DNA of 64,000 nucleotides from Acidobacteriota bacterium (GCA_022573225.1 JACZUI010000004.1:3381-67380); one strand, 5' to 3'; positions 48,452 to 59,458 are shown, counted from the first letter of the stretch. Numbers and translations are program-made. Notes: generated from the sequence alone by a model not told the origin.

Positions 48452-49560
48452 TGCCCGTCCGCACCAGCTTCTTGAACAACGTCCTCGATGCGCTCGCTCG
48501 CGGACCGGACCACGTCTGGGTCGAAAACCAGTTTGCCCTTCTCGGCTGGGGCACCGAACGGAGATTCGACGTTGGAATCGGCCCTGACCGATATGAGCGA
48601 GCCATGGAGGCAGTGCGCGAAGCGTCCCCTACTCCGGCGTTTGTCTCGCTTACCTTTGACGTCGATGAGGAGGGGTCGATGGTCCTGGTTCCGGAGACGG
48701 TCGCGAGAGTCGACGGCACCGGTGTCACCGTCATCAAGGGAAGTCTCCCGCCGACCAAAACATCCCATAGCCAAATGCCTCGCCTCGTCAACTGGCGGGA
48801 CGGACCGTGGAATCAGCCGTTTGATGGCGCATTGGAGGCGCTCAGCCGCGACGAAGTGGAGAAGGTGGTCCTTTCGAGGACCGTGAACCTGGAGTTTGAC
48901 CACGCCATCCCAACCTCCCTGGTCGTTGAGAACCTCGTTCTCACCCAACCCGACGCATACGTCTTCGGCGTCGAAGGACTTTTTGGCTCGAGCCCCGAGT
49001 TGCTCTCGGAACTGAAGGGCAGAGCGTTGAGGTCGACCTCATTGGCCGGCTCGGCCGCAAACGGCGGGTCGGCCGAGAGCGCCCTATCCAGCAGCAAGAT
49101 CATCCGTGAGCACGACTTTGCCGCCGATTCCGTGGCCGAAGCGCTGGCCTCCCATTGTGTAGATCTCACCCGAGGCCCCCGACAGCAAGCGAGATTCGCG
49201 GACGTTGTCCATCTCGCGACCTACTTCGAGGGAACGGTTCGTGATGGAACCTCGATTCTCGATGTCATCCGGGACCTTCATCCGACCGCAGCGGTCGCCG
49301 GCACTCCGACCAAGGCAGCGGTCGAATTGATCCGCGAGATTGAGGTACATGACCGTCATCGCTACGCCGGCCCCGTTGGCTGGCTCGATGACTCGGGTAG
49401 CGGAACCTTCGCCATCGCCATTCGTTGCGGTTTGATAGACGGAAGCTCGGCGACCCTCTACACGGGTGCCGGTCTCGTGACGGGATCCGACAGCGGGGAG
49501 GAGTACGAGGAGACGGAAATCAAGTTGAGGCCGATGCTCCGGGCTCTTCAGATCAGCTGA
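48451..49560 (+). CDS. menF: Isochorismate synthase
   Basis: KVVLSR, SPELL, LAGS, K..REH, HPTAAVAG, YAGPVG, GAG, EETEIK; adjacent to menD. Confidence 0.85.
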   Translation: MPVRTSFLNNVLDALARGPDHVWVENQFALLGWGTERRFDVGIGPDRYERAMEAVREASPTPAFVSLTFDVDEEGSMVLVPETVARVDGTGVTVIKGSLPPTKTSHSQMPRLVNWRDGPWNQPFDGALEALSRDEVEKVVLSRTVNLEFDHAIPTSLVVENLVLTQPDAYVFGVEGLFGSSPELLSELKGRALRSTSLAGSAANGGSAESALSSSKIIREHDFAADSVAEALASHCVDLTRGPRQQARFADVVHLATYFEGTVRDGTSILDVIRDLHPTAAVAGTPTKAAVELIREIEVHDRHRYAGPVGWLDDSGSGTFAIAIRCGLIDGSSATLYTGAGLVTGSDSGEEYEETEIKLRPMLRALQIS

Positions 49561-51241
49561 GCGAGCTCATCGCCATTGCAGCAGCCTCATCCAGCTCCCT
49601 TCGCTGCTTCAACTCCACCTCGCGATCGACCGGGACCACCAACACGTGCACTCCGCCCTCGGAAAGGCGGCTCTCGGTCTCCTCCGTCAACTGTTGACGG
49701 CTCTCGATCGTCATCGCCCCAACCCCAAAGGCTGATGCCACCGCGACCAGATCTTTGTCGTGAGGTGCGACAAAAAGCCTCTCGAAGGCCGGCGAATGCG
49801 TGGCCGGCGGTAGCAGGTCGAATAGGCCGCCCCCGTTGTTGTCGACGACAATCAGAACGACATCGCCGGGGTAGCCGCCGGCCAGAGCGGAGACATCGTG
49901 GAGGAACGAGAGATCGCCGCTGAGACCGAGGGTGCGACGATGAACCCCTGCGATTCCCAAAGTCGTCGAAGTGAAGCCGTCGATGCCAGACGCTCCCCGA
50001 TTGGCGAAGACGCGGCCCCCTTTCACGGTGTGGGCATCCACGTCTCGAACCGGCATCGATGACGCAACCGACAAGGCGCCCCACCCGACTTCAGAGATCG
50101 ATCGGGCAATCACCGGACCGGTCAGATCGGAACCGTCATCAAGCCGGTCGTCGAGCACATCTCGGACTCTCGTGTCGAGCGCGGACCAAAGTTCGAGCCA
50201 TCCCAGATCGGGCCGACCCTCTGTCAAGCCAAGGGTCGCCGTCGGATCGGCCTGGGTCAGCACATCGGAATGCCTCCGCGGATCGTGCCACTGGCCCCAC
50301 CTATCTATCTGAATCTGGGAGCAGTCGAGGGAGGTGAGGGCGGACAGCCGATCACTCGGCCCGATTCGACCGATCGACACCACTGCTTCCGGCATCATGG
50401 CGCGAGGCAAGTCGTCCACCAGAAGATGGTGATACGAGGTGACCACCGGTCCTCCTCGCATGTTCGACAGCGCGGTCGCCAACACCGGCCATCCCAATCG
50501 TCGTGTCTCAGCGAGAAGGCCCACAGGATCGTCGATGCCCTCACCAGCGATCACAAGGCCGCGAGAAACGTTGAGCTGCTCCAGGACCGCTCCAACCGGT
50601 TTCGCAACCTGGCTCGTCTGCCATGGAACGCCATCGGGCAGACCTTCGATCGAATGACGGTATGGCTCGACTGCTGCACGGCCATCGTCCGACACGGGCA
50701 CGGTCGGCTCGCGAAAACTGAGGTTGAGGTGAACCGGGCCCGGCGACCGCCCGTGACCCATCGCTCTCGCCACGGCCTGAGACACCAAGGTTCGCCAATA
50801 CACATTCCCGTCAAAGCCCGCATCGGCCAGGCCGACATCGCAGAACCAGCGAACCCGATCGCCGAACATCCCGACCTGATCGACCGTCTGGTTGGCGCCG
50901 ACCGCCCGAAGCTCTGGAGGTCGATCGGCAGTCATCGCGATCAGTGGCACAAGACTCCGATCCGCCTCGACCATTGCAGGGAGATAGTTGGCGACTGCTG
51001 TTCCTGAGGTGGACACACATACCGCAGGCCGTCCACTCGCTCGTGCGAAACCGATGGCCTGGAAAGCGGCGGACCTCTCGTCCAGAACGATTCGCACCTC
51101 GATCTCGGCCGCCTCCTCAAAGGCGATGGCCAAAGCCGCGGAACGCGATCCCGGGGACACGAGAGCCAGCGTCACACCATGACGACGTAGCTCGTCGACC
51201 ATGGCCCTTGCCTGGGCGATGCTTGGATTGGGTTGGGTCAA
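49553..51241 (-). CDS. menD: SEPHCHC synthase
   Basis: SPGSRS, DERSAAF, TSGTA, ADRPPEL..GANQT, NRGASGIDG, GDLSFLHD, NNGGG.F. Confidence 0.95.
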   Translation of the reverse strand: MTQPNPSIAQARAMVDELRRHGVTLALVSPGSRSAALAIAFEEAAEIEVRIVLDERSAAFQAIGFARASGRPAVCVSTSGTAVANYLPAMVEADRSLVPLIAMTADRPPELRAVGANQTVDQVGMFGDRVRWFCDVGLADAGFDGNVYWRTLVSQAVARAMGHGRSPGPVHLNLSFREPTVPVSDDGRAAVEPYRHSIEGLPDGVPWQTSQVAKPVGAVLEQLNVSRGLVIAGEGIDDPVGLLAETRRLGWPVLATALSNMRGGPVVTSYHHLLVDDLPRAMMPEAVVSIGRIGPSDRLSALTSLDCSQIQIDRWGQWHDPRRHSDVLTQADPTATLGLTEGRPDLGWLELWSALDTRVRDVLDDRLDDGSDLTGPVIARSISEVGWGALSVASSMPVRDVDAHTVKGGRVFANRGASGIDGFTSTTLGIAGVHRRTLGLSGDLSFLHDVSALAGGYPGDVVLIVVDNNGGGLFDLLPPATHSPAFERLFVAPHDKDLVAVASAFGVGAMTIESRQQLTEETESRLSEGGVHVLVVPVDREVELKQRRELDEAAAMAMSSLS

Positions 51242-52197
51242 GTGAGTACCTCGGCGGCAGCCCGGACCTTACGCAGCATCTCTGCAGACCGATCTCGATC
51301 CGGTCGCCAGCGAGCCAGAAGCTCCGGGTCGGGCTCCGGCCGTCGAACCTCGAGGAACCCGTCTTTCGGTATGAGGGGACTCATGGTGGGGTCGCCCTCA
51401 ATGAGCGCGACCGTCCCGAGCCCGCAGGCGTGAGGAAGGTCCTTGACAAGGGAGGCCGCCAACAGGCCCTGGTAGATGCCGATCGACGTCTCGAGGGCAG
51501 AGCTGACCACCACCGGTATCCCGGCCCGCTGAGCCAGGTCGAGAACCCGACCCACCCCGCCCATAGGTTGGACTTTCACCACGAGAATGTCGGCCGCGCC
51601 TGATTCCACGACCTCCAACGGATCAGCCTTGAACCGAACCAGCTCGTCTGCGGCAAGCAGGACGGATGTTCTCTTCTTGAGCTCCAACATCTCTTCAACA
51701 GTTGCCACCGGCTGCTCCACATACTCGAGATCGAATCGCTCCAGCTTCTCCAGTCGGTCCGTCGCGGTTTCCACATCCCACGCTGCATTGACGTCGATCC
51801 GGATTCGTCCTCCCGTACCGAGGGCAGAATGAACCGCGTCCAACCGGGCCTCATCCTCCTCCGGACCTTGGCCTGGCTCCGCGACCTTCACCTTGGCAGT
51901 CGAGGCCCCTGATTCAGCCACCAGCGCCGCGGCAAGGTCTGGATCTACAGCAGGAATGGTCACATTGACAGGAATCGAATCTCGACCGGGTCCTGGCATG
52001 CTGCTACAGGCAGCCTCCAAAGCACATGCCAGCCACCGAGCGGTGATCTCAGGCGGATAGTCGGGGAATGGCGAGAACTCACCCCAGCCGGAAGGACCCC
52101 GGATCAATACCGCCTCTCGATGATCCACCCGACGAAATCGATGCCTCATCGGGATTCGGACGGGATGAAGCTCAAGGGCCTCGAGGAGGTTTCTCAA
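51238..52197 (-). CDS. menC: o-succinylbenzoate synthase
   Basis: GWGEFSPF, KVKV, DVN, EQP, DE, VVSSALET (actinobacterial type). Confidence 0.92.
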   Translation of the reverse strand: MRNLLEALELHPVRIPMRHRFRRVDHREAVLIRGPSGWGEFSPFPDYPPEITARWLACALEAACSSMPGPGRDSIPVNVTIPAVDPDLAAALVAESGASTAKVKVAEPGQGPEEDEARLDAVHSALGTGGRIRIDVNAAWDVETATDRLEKLERFDLEYVEQPVATVEEMLELKKRTSVLLAADELVRFKADPLEVVESGAADILVVKVQPMGGVGRVLDLAQRAGIPVVVSSALETSIGIYQGLLAASLVKDLPHACGLGTVALIEGDPTMSPLIPKDGFLEVRRPEPDPELLARWRPDRDRSAEMLRKVRAAAEVLT

Positions 52198-52502
52198 CCG
52201 TGCTGGACCTCCCGAATGTAGGAGATCAACCGATCAAGCTGAGGATCGTCGAGCGAGGACGCGAACGATGGCATCCGGCCCCGACCCTCGATGATGGTCA
52301 CCCGGAGGAACTCATCGGGCTGAGTGGATGCGAAGGAGCCCCCACCCAGTGGGGGGCCGATGCCACCCTCGAGGTCGTCTCCATGACAGTTGGAGCACAA
52401 TTGGAGATAGATCTCCTCGCCGGTGGCGTCCTCGGCCGGTCGACCGACGCATGCCGACACCAGCAGGCCGACAAGGGCCAGAACCATCATCTGCGATCTC
52501 AC
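52194..52502 (-). CDS. Monoheme cytochrome c lipoprotein
   Basis: Lipobox VSAC, CSNCH heme motif, GP.L, distal Met in RMPSF. Confidence 0.88.
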   Translation of the reverse strand: MRSQMMVLALVGLLVSACVGRPAEDATGEEIYLQLCSNCHGDDLEGGIGPPLGGGSFASTQPDEFLRVTIIEGRGRMPSFASSLDDPQLDRLISYIREVQHG

Positions 52503-52537
52503 TGATTTCCGATGGTACGGAGAGTCGGAGGAAACAC

Positions 52538-53584
52538 TCAGCCGGCTCGGTCGGTATCACCGGCCCGCTCAACGAGATCCCTGACCTTCTGAGCAGAATC
52601 GCGGCCCACAATCAAAACGGTGTCCGGAGTCTCGACAACCACAATGTCATCTACGCCGACGACGGCGATCCTCCTTCCGCTGCTGCTGAGATACGAGCCG
52701 GTCACCTCGATGGCGGTCACATCGCCCACGATGACGTTTCCGCTGGCGTCCCGAGAGGACGCCTCCCATAACGAGTGCCAGGTCCCGACGTCTGTCCATC
52801 CGACGTCGATGGGGATCATCACGGCATTCTTGGTGAACTCCATCACGGCGTGGTCTATCGAGATCGCCTCGACCCTTTCGAAGTCAGGTCCAAGGACGAT
52901 CACCTGGCGGGAGGTGTCGCCCATGGCAGACTCCACCCCATCCACCAGATCGGGAGCATGAGTACGAGCCTCCTCGAGCAGGGCATCGGCACGAAACACA
53001 AACATTCCCGAGTTCCAATAGTGCCTGCCATCGAAGGCCATCACGTGGGCATCAGACTCGTCGGGCTTCTCCTTGAAACGGATCACCCGTCGTCCGTCGC
53101 CTACCGCTTCTCCAGCTTCGATGTAGCCGTATCCGGTCTCGGCCCGATCCGGGGTCACTCCGAACGTCACCATCTCAAACTGAGCAGCTAGATCGACCGC
53201 AGAGAAAACGGCCCGCAAGAAGGCTCCGCGGTCAGAAATTATGTGGTCGGCCGGAAGAACGACCATGACTTCGGCGGGCTCCAGTGACATCGCAGCCGCG
53301 ATCAAGGCGGGTGCGGTGTTTCTACCGGTCGGTTCGACCAGAATCCGGTGGACCGCGACGTTGGCCCGTTCGATCGCTTCCTCTACCAACGCCAGGTGGT
53401 CCCGCCCGGTGACGATCACCGGATCGCCCACTCCCTCGAGACCATCGAGTCGTTGGAGGGCCTGCACGAACAATGGCTCGCCGATCAGGTCGAGAAACTG
53501 CTTGGGACGGTCGGGAACGGAGAGAGGCCAAAGCCGGGTGCCCGCTCCCCCGGAAAGGATCACCGGTCTCACGATTCGAGGCAC
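52538..53584 (-). CDS. manC: Mannose-1-phosphate guanylyltransferase
   Basis: ILSGGAGTRLWPLS..PKQF, EP.GRNTAPA, GYGYI, F.EKP, WNSGMF, SIDHAVME. Confidence 0.93.
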   Translation of the reverse strand: MPRIVRPVILSGGAGTRLWPLSVPDRPKQFLDLIGEPLFVQALQRLDGLEGVGDPVIVTGRDHLALVEEAIERANVAVHRILVEPTGRNTAPALIAAAMSLEPAEVMVVLPADHIISDRGAFLRAVFSAVDLAAQFEMVTFGVTPDRAETGYGYIEAGEAVGDGRRVIRFKEKPDESDAHVMAFDGRHYWNSGMFVFRADALLEEARTHAPDLVDGVESAMGDTSRQVIVLGPDFERVEAISIDHAVMEFTKNAVMIPIDVGWTDVGTWHSLWEASSRDASGNVIVGDVTAIEVTGSYLSSSGRRIAVVGVDDIVVVETPDTVLIVGRDSAQKVRDLVERAGDTDRAG

Positions 53585-53677
53585 CTGTCGAGAGTAATGC
53601 CCGTCCCTCTGGCTCTTGGGGAGCTGCAATCCATCAACAGCATCGAAGGCTGGGGTGCCCTCAAACCTCCAACCAGC

Positions 53678-55015
53678 TCAGTCGGTGACGCCGATAGAGA
53701 TGTGGCCGCATTCGGAGCAGATGTTCCGAACGATGCCGATGCCGCCCGGCGCTTGGACGAAGTCGTGCTCGTGCGGCGTCCGACTGCGAACAAACGCGGC
53801 ACGAACCGCCCCGAAGAGGCCTGACTTCTCCGAAGCAGATCCGACGAGAACCTGATCTCGCTCGGAATCATCCGGTTGAATCGGCTCCACCGGCTCGAGC
53901 TTGGCCGGCTCCGGCTCGGGTCTGGGTGAATGGTCGAATTCGCCGAGATCGACAATCAGATCGCGAACGTCGTCGTCGCTGTCAGATGCCACCGAGGTTC
54001 CGATCAACTCCTTGACGACAGGAGCAGCCTCCTCAACTGCAGCCGCCGGTTCGAGGATCTCGCCGTCCTCCTCCGGCTCCGGCTCGACCACCACAACAGG
54101 TTCGGGCTCGGGTTCCGGTTCAGCCTCCGGCTCGGGTTCCGGTTCAGCCTCCGGCTCGGGCTCGGGTTCGGGTTCAGGCTCCGGCTCGGCCACCACAACA
54201 GGCTCCGGCTCGGGTTCCGGTTCGGGCTCCGGCTCCGGCTCGGGTTCGGGTTCGGGTTCGGCCGCCACAACGGGCTCCGGCTCGGCCACCACAACCGGCT
54301 CCGGTTCCGGTTCGGGTTCGGGCTCGGCCACCACAACAGGCTCCGGTTCGGGTTCGGGTTCGGGTTCGGGCTCGGCCACCACAACAGGCTCCGGCTCCGG
54401 TTCGGGTTCGGGCTTCGGCCGGGCAAACACACCTGGCCCGGGAACCAGTGGGAGCTGCCTGGTGACCTCCTCGATCACCTCTTCTCGATCCTCGACCTCG
54501 GAGATAGCTTCGGCCTGGTCGGCGGGCAATGCCTCGATAACGGCGACTGCCTCGGTCACGTCCTCTTCACTCGGAACCGTCTCGGCCACCCTTGGCTCGA
54601 GTAGGTCCACGCTGGGTTGAGTGACGATCCCAGCAGACTTCTCGAGATTCTCCACCATCGCCTCCCGCAACTCGCCGATGCGTGAGGGCAAGGTATCCCT
54701 TCGGGATCGTTTTACTGCGATGACCCGCCGCGGAAGCGTCATGGCCTTGTATCGAGCCCACACCTCGGCCATGTGCTCGACTCCCCCGTAGGCGAAATCG
54801 GTGGGCTCATCGGCGACAAAAGTGATCTCGTCGTCCCCGAGCTTCACCGAGAAGGCATTCGAAACGAGTCGGGAAGCTTGCACGTCGAACAGAGACCAAC
54901 GCCCGAGCGACTCCCCGTCCAATATCACCTCAGCCTGGTCATCTTCGACCAGGAAGGTGACGGGGATACCCGGGTGATCTAGGTCAGGAACTCTTATTTG
55001 ACCGGCGAAATTCAC
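53678..55015 (-). CDS. Hypothetical protein with long acidic (PE)n repeats and a C-terminal Zn-ribbon-like motif
   Basis: N-terminal globular region, repeated [10 protein letters not shown] units, HEH..CSECG at the C-terminus. Confidence 0.78.
   Translation of the reverse strand: MNFAGQIRVPDLDHPGIPVTFLVEDDQAEVILDGESLGRWSLFDVQASRLVSNAFSVKLGDDEITFVADEPTDFAYGGVEHMAEVWARYKAMTLPRRVIAVKRSRRDTLPSRIGELREAMVENLEKSAGIVTQPSVDLLEPRVAETVPSEEDVTEAVAVIEALPADQAEAISEVEDREEVIEEVTRQLPLVPGPGVFARPKPEPEPEPEPVVVAEPEPEPEPEPEPVVVAEPEPEPEPEPVVVAEPEPVVAAEPEPEPEPEPEPEPEPEPEPVVVAEPEPEPEPEPEPEAEPEPEPEAEPEPEPEPVVVVEPEPEEDGEILEPAAAVEEAAPVVKELIGTSVASDSDDDVRDLIVDLGEFDHSPRPEPEPAKLEPVEPIQPDDSERDQVLVGSASEKSGLFGAVRAAFVRSRTPHEHDFVQAPGGIGIVRNICSECGHISIGVTD
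54074..54415 (-). repeat. Intragenic hexanucleotide (Pro-Glu) tandem repeats
   Basis: (GGCTCC/GGTTCG/GGCTCG)n runs interspersed with GCCACCACAAC units. Confidence 0.9.
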
Positions 55016-55109
55016 CTGATCACCGCTTCTTCTCTATCTCCGCGCGAGTCACGATTCTATCCGGACCCGACTCACGATCCCACCCAATGCCCGTTTGTCA
55101 AGGGAGGGC

Positions 55110-57935
55110 TCACGAATACGCGTCCAGAGGTGGGCAGGCACAGATCAGATTCCTATCGCCTCCGACACCGTCAATGCGACTCACCGGCGGCCAGTACTTG
55201 TCCAAACCGAGATGATTCGCCGGGAAGGCAGCCACATCGCGAGAGTAGGGATGGGCCCAATCATCGGTGGCTACATCCGCCGCCGGATGGGGGGCGTTTA
55301 CCAGGGGGTTGTCCCCCCGAGGCCACTCGCCTATCTCGATCTTCTCCGCCTCTGCCCTGATAGCAATCATTGCTTCACAGAAGCGATCCAGTTCAGAGAG
55401 ACTCTCCGATTCGGTGGGCTCGATCATCAGAGTGCCCGCTACAGGGAAGGCGAGAGTCGGAGCGTGGAACCCGTAATCGGCCAAGCGTTTGGCGACGTCC
55501 TCCGCGGTCACACCCGAAGCCTTGGTCATGGGTCGGAGATCGACGATGCACTCATGGGCAACGCGGCCTCCCAGGCCCGTATAGAGGACCGGGAAGTACG
55601 GGTCGAGCCGTCGGGCGACATAATTCGCCGAGAGAATGGCAACCCTGGTGGCATCTCTCAGACCGTCGGCTCCCATCAAGAGCAGATAGGCGTAGGGGAC
55701 GGCGAGGATGCCGGCCGAGCCAAACGGGGCTCCTGAGATGGGGCCGATCCCCGTTTCTGGGCCTGCCCCATCATCCAAGGGGTGGTTCGGAAGGAAAGGT
55801 GCGAGATGGGCCTTCACGCCGACCGGCCCGACACCAGGGCCGCCGCCTCCATGGGGGATGGTGAACGTCTTGTGCAGATTGAGATGCCCAACATCCGCGC
55901 CGATCTCCGCGGGGCGGGCAAGACCGATTAGGGCATTGAGATTCGCTCCATCGAAATAGACCTGGCCACCCATGTCATGGACGATCGCCGCGAGTTCCCG
56001 GATCCCTTCCTCAAAGACGCCATGGGTGGAGGGATACGTGACCATCACCGCAGCCAGGAAATCGGCATTTGCTTCGGCCTTGGCGCGGAGATCGTCAAGG
56101 TCCACATTGCCGTCATCGTCTGTCGCGATCACGACAATTCGCATACCCGCCATGACCGCGGACGCCGCGTTTGTACCGTGAGCCGAAGACGGAATGAGAC
56201 AGACATCACGGCCCTCGTCGCCACGAGCGTTGTAATACGCACGGATCGCCAGCAGTCCTGCCAGCTCCCCCTGGGAGCCGGCGTTGGGCTGGAGAGACAC
56301 CGCGTCATAGCCGGTAGCTGCACACAGTGCCTCAGCCAGGTCAGAAATCATCTCCCGATAGCCTGCAGCTTGCTCGATCGGCGCGTAGGGGTGGATCGAT
56401 GCGAAACCGGGCCAGGTGATCGGAATCATTTCCGTCGTCGCATTGAGCTTCATCGTGCATGACCCCAGAGGAATCATCGATCGGTCGAGGGCGAGATCCC
56501 TGTCGGCGAGACGTCTCAGATATCTGAGCATTTCGTGTTCTGAGCGGTGATCGCTGAAGACCGGGTGGGTCATGAATTCGCTTCGGCGCTGCTGGGCCTT
56601 CGGAATCCCGGCGGGGCCCTGGGATGACAGAGTGTCGATCCCGAACCCCGTCAGAGCGGCGAGAACCACCGACTCGTCAGTGGTCTCGTCCAGGGCGATC
56701 CGAACGTGATCATCATCAACCCACCCGAGGTTGACCCCGACCCCCAGTGCGTTGGCAATGACCTGCCTGGCATTGTTGGGGGCCTCGACCGTCAAGGTGT
56801 CAAACCAGGTGTCCTCGACCAGGGTGTGCCCGTGGGCTTGCAGCGTTGCGGCGAGCCGGGAAGTCAGGTCGTGAACTTCGGATGCTATTGCCCGTATCCC
56901 GTCGGGCCCATGCCAGCACGCATATAGACCGGCCATTACGGCGAGCAGAACCTGTGCCGTACATACGTTGGAGGTGGCCTTCTCACGACGGATATGTTGT
57001 TCCCGGGTTTGGAGTGCCAGCCGGTAGGCGAGACGCCCGCCGGCATCCTTTGTCGCTCCAACCAAGCGTCCCGGCAATGCTCGCACCATCGATTCCCTGG
57101 TGACGATGAATCCGGCGTGCGGCCCGCCGTATCCAAGTGGCACACCGAATCGCTGGGACGACCCAACCGCGATATCGGCTCCCCACTCGCCTGGAGGCAT
57201 CAAAAGCGAAAGGGCCAGGAGGTCGGTTGCGACCGCGACCACGCCTTCGCTCTCGTGAATCTGGTCGACGAGTTCCGAGTAGTCGTTGATCCCGCCCGAC
57301 GCACCCGGGTATTGGAGAAGAATCCCAAAGGCCTCCTCGGGTTCAACGCCCTCTGAAACCATCCGAATCTCGATACCTGCCGCCGCTGCCCTGGTGCCCA
57401 CTACCGCGATCGTCGGAATATGGCACTCGTCGTCGACGTAGAAGACGTTGCGATCTCCCTTAGCCAGTCGCCGGCACATGGCCATCGCCTCGGCGGCAGC
57501 TGTTGGCTCATCGAGAAGAGAGGAGTTCGCCACTTGCAGTCCGGTGAGGTCCGAAACCATGGTCTGGAAGTTGAGCAACGCTTCGAGCCGCCCCTGCGAT
57601 ATCTCGGGCTGGTATGGCGTGTACGACGTGTACCAGGCTGGATTCTCCAGAACGTTTCGCTGGATCACCGGTGGGGTGATGGTGTCGTAGTACCCAAGTC
57701 CGATCAGGCTGGTGACCACCTCGTTGCGATCGGCATAAGCCCTCAACCGCTCGATTACCTCACTCTCGGACAGGGCATCGGGCAGATCGAGGGAAGTGTT
57801 GAAGATCGCCTCGGGGATTATGTCGTCAATCAGCTCGTCGAGCGACGCTGCGCCGACGGTAGTGAGCATCTTCTCGATCTGATCAGGACGCGGACCAATA
57901 TGTCGATCCGCAAAGCGTTCGTTCGGGTTGGGCAT
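55110..57935 (-). CDS. gcvP: Glycine dehydrogenase (decarboxylating), P protein
   Basis: [46 protein letters not shown] (PLP Lys). Confidence 0.97.
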   Translation of the reverse strand: MPNPNERFADRHIGPRPDQIEKMLTTVGAASLDELIDDIIPEAIFNTSLDLPDALSESEVIERLRAYADRNEVVTSLIGLGYYDTITPPVIQRNVLENPAWYTSYTPYQPEISQGRLEALLNFQTMVSDLTGLQVANSSLLDEPTAAAEAMAMCRRLAKGDRNVFYVDDECHIPTIAVVGTRAAAAGIEIRMVSEGVEPEEAFGILLQYPGASGGINDYSELVDQIHESEGVVAVATDLLALSLLMPPGEWGADIAVGSSQRFGVPLGYGGPHAGFIVTRESMVRALPGRLVGATKDAGGRLAYRLALQTREQHIRREKATSNVCTAQVLLAVMAGLYACWHGPDGIRAIASEVHDLTSRLAATLQAHGHTLVEDTWFDTLTVEAPNNARQVIANALGVGVNLGWVDDDHVRIALDETTDESVVLAALTGFGIDTLSSQGPAGIPKAQQRRSEFMTHPVFSDHRSEHEMLRYLRRLADRDLALDRSMIPLGSCTMKLNATTEMIPITWPGFASIHPYAPIEQAAGYREMISDLAEALCAATGYDAVSLQPNAGSQGELAGLLAIRAYYNARGDEGRDVCLIPSSAHGTNAASAVMAGMRIVVIATDDDGNVDLDDLRAKAEANADFLAAVMVTYPSTHGVFEEGIRELAAIVHDMGGQVYFDGANLNALIGLARPAEIGADVGHLNLHKTFTIPHGGGGPGVGPVGVKAHLAPFLPNHPLDDGAGPETGIGPISGAPFGSAGILAVPYAYLLLMGADGLRDATRVAILSANYVARRLDPYFPVLYTGLGGRVAHECIVDLRPMTKASGVTAEDVAKRLADYGFHAPTLAFPVAGTLMIEPTESESLSELDRFCEAMIAIRAEAEKIEIGEWPRGDNPLVNAPHPAADVATDDWAHPYSRDVAAFPANHLGLDKYWPPVSRIDGVGGDRNLICACPPLDAYS

Positions 57936-57993
57936 CGTCTCCTCGCTGGCCGCGTGCCCTCCCAGCTGTTGTCTCCTTCAGCTTCGCCTCGAT

Positions 57994-58070
57994 CGAGTGG
58001 TCCAAGTGCCTGAGAGTTTCCGGGAGGTGTTGCCCCTTCGGCGTCCCGTTGAACGGGACTCTCCCACTCG
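57994..58070 (-). ncRNA. Glycine riboswitch, single aptamer
   Basis: CGAGUG-GGAGAG..CGCCGAAGGGGCAA..AAACUCUCAGGCA..GGAC-CACUCG directly upstream of gcvP. Confidence 0.9.
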
Positions 58071-58123
58071 GCGTTGTCGGCTGACAATCATGTTACGGCC
58101 CCTCGGATATATCGTCGAAAGTC

Positions 58124-58255
58124 GATGTCTGGGAAGATGTCTGGGAAGATGTCTGGGAAGATGTCTGGGAAGATGTCTGGGAAGATGTCTGGGAAGACAC
58201 CTCGGAAGACACCTCGGAAGATTCCTCAGAAGATGTCTAGGAGGATGTCTGAGAA
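58124..58255. repeat. 12-bp tandem repeat (VNTR), 11 units
   Basis: GATGTCTGGGAA x6 perfect, then 5 degenerate units (GACACCTCGGAA x2 and others). Confidence 0.95.
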
Positions 58256-58286
58256 AACGTGTTGCTTCGCTCCTGGGACTCCGAGA

Positions 58287-59369
58287 TCAGACGTTGAACC
58301 GGAATTCGACAACATCGTCTGGCCTCATGACGTAGGCCTTGCCCTCGGTCCGCACCAGGCCCTTGCTTCGGGCCATGACCCAGGATCCGACGTCGAGCAA
58401 CACCGGATAGTCGACTACTTCCGCTGCGATGAATCCACGCTCGAAGTCAGTGTGGATCACACCCGCTGCCTGAAGGGCGGTCGCGCTGGAGGAAATCGTC
58501 CAGGCACGCGCCTCCTTCTCTGTGACCGTGAGGAAGCTCTGAAGACCCAATGTTCGATACGCCGCTCTGATCACTGAATGGAGACCCGGCTCGTGTTGGC
58601 CAATTGCCTCCAGTAGCTCGGCACGCTCGGCGCCGTCGAGTCCGACAAGCTCAGACTCGATCTGGGCATCCAGGAAGATCGCTTCGGCAGGAGCAACCAA
58701 CGATGCCAGCCGCGCCCTCGAGCCGGGGTCGGCGAGCGTCTCCTCGCCGCAGTTGAAAACGTAGATAACCGGCTTTGCCGTGAGCAGGTGGAGGTCGGCG
58801 AACTCGGGCTCACGGGTCATCATCGGAACCGAGCCGCTGATCATCTCGCCGCCTGCCACCAACTCCCGTAGTTGGCCGATCAGTTTGACCTTGCCCTGGA
58901 GAGAGCCGTCAACCTTTGCTTCCTTCTCCAGCTTCGGAAGCCTCTTGTCGATCGTCTGGAGGTCGGCAATGGCCAGTTCGGTCTCGATCGTGCTGATATC
59001 CGAGGCCGGGTCCATCCGATCATCGACATGCGCCACCTCCGGTGAGTCGAAGGCACGGACGACATGGCAAATAGCGTTCACGTTGCGGATATTGGCGAGA
59101 AATCGGTTGCCCAGCCCTTCACCTTCGCTTGCCCCCTTCACCAGTCCGGCAATATCGACGAACGTGACGGTGGCAGGGACCACTTTCTTGGAGGCAAACA
59201 GGTCACCAAGTCGTTCGACTCGAGGATCTGGAATGGGAACGACACCCGTATTGGGTTCGATCGTCGCGAACGGATAGTTGGCGGCGAGAACGCCCGCTTC
59301 AGTGAGGGCGTTGAAAAGGGTCGACTTTCCTACGTTGGGAAGCCCGACGATGCCGATCTCGAGACTCAT
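58287..59369 (-). CDS. ychF: Redox-regulated ATPase YchF
   Basis: GLPNVGKST, NYPFATIEPN, DIAGLV, IHTDFERGFI.AE, FRFNV. Confidence 0.96.
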   Translation of the reverse strand: MSLEIGIVGLPNVGKSTLFNALTEAGVLAANYPFATIEPNTGVVPIPDPRVERLGDLFASKKVVPATVTFVDIAGLVKGASEGEGLGNRFLANIRNVNAICHVVRAFDSPEVAHVDDRMDPASDISTIETELAIADLQTIDKRLPKLEKEAKVDGSLQGKVKLIGQLRELVAGGEMISGSVPMMTREPEFADLHLLTAKPVIYVFNCGEETLADPGSRARLASLVAPAEAIFLDAQIESELVGLDGAERAELLEAIGQHEPGLHSVIRAAYRTLGLQSFLTVTEKEARAWTISSSATALQAAGVIHTDFERGFIAAEVVDYPVLLDVGSWVMARSKGLVRTEGKAYVMRPDDVVEFRFNV

Positions 59370-59458
59370 CGCCGCGAAGATTAGAAACCGCCCGCCTCTA
59401 CCCGGCTACCACGGAGATGCGCCACTGGTGCAGCGCGATGTTGCACTAGCGTGCCGCC

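Noticed and set aside
53901-54620. Gly/Ser-repeat ORF resembling an adhesin or ice-binding protein
   Set aside because: It is the reverse complement of the (PE)n region; the minus-strand ORF has proper globular ends and matches the orientation of its neighbours
58124-58255. Possible CRISPR array (also considered for 37575-37678 and 13584-14754)
   Set aside because: No regularly spaced unique spacers between identical repeats, and no cas genes
58074-58577. ORF with KMSG repeats, and 57928-58335 with RCLG repeats
   Set aside because: By-products of the 12-bp VNTR; they overlap ychF or the riboswitch on the opposite strand
59426-59449. Imperfect palindrome upstream of gpsA (CTGGTGCAGC..GTTGCACTAG)
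   Set aside because: Single instance with mismatches and no cognate regulator nearby
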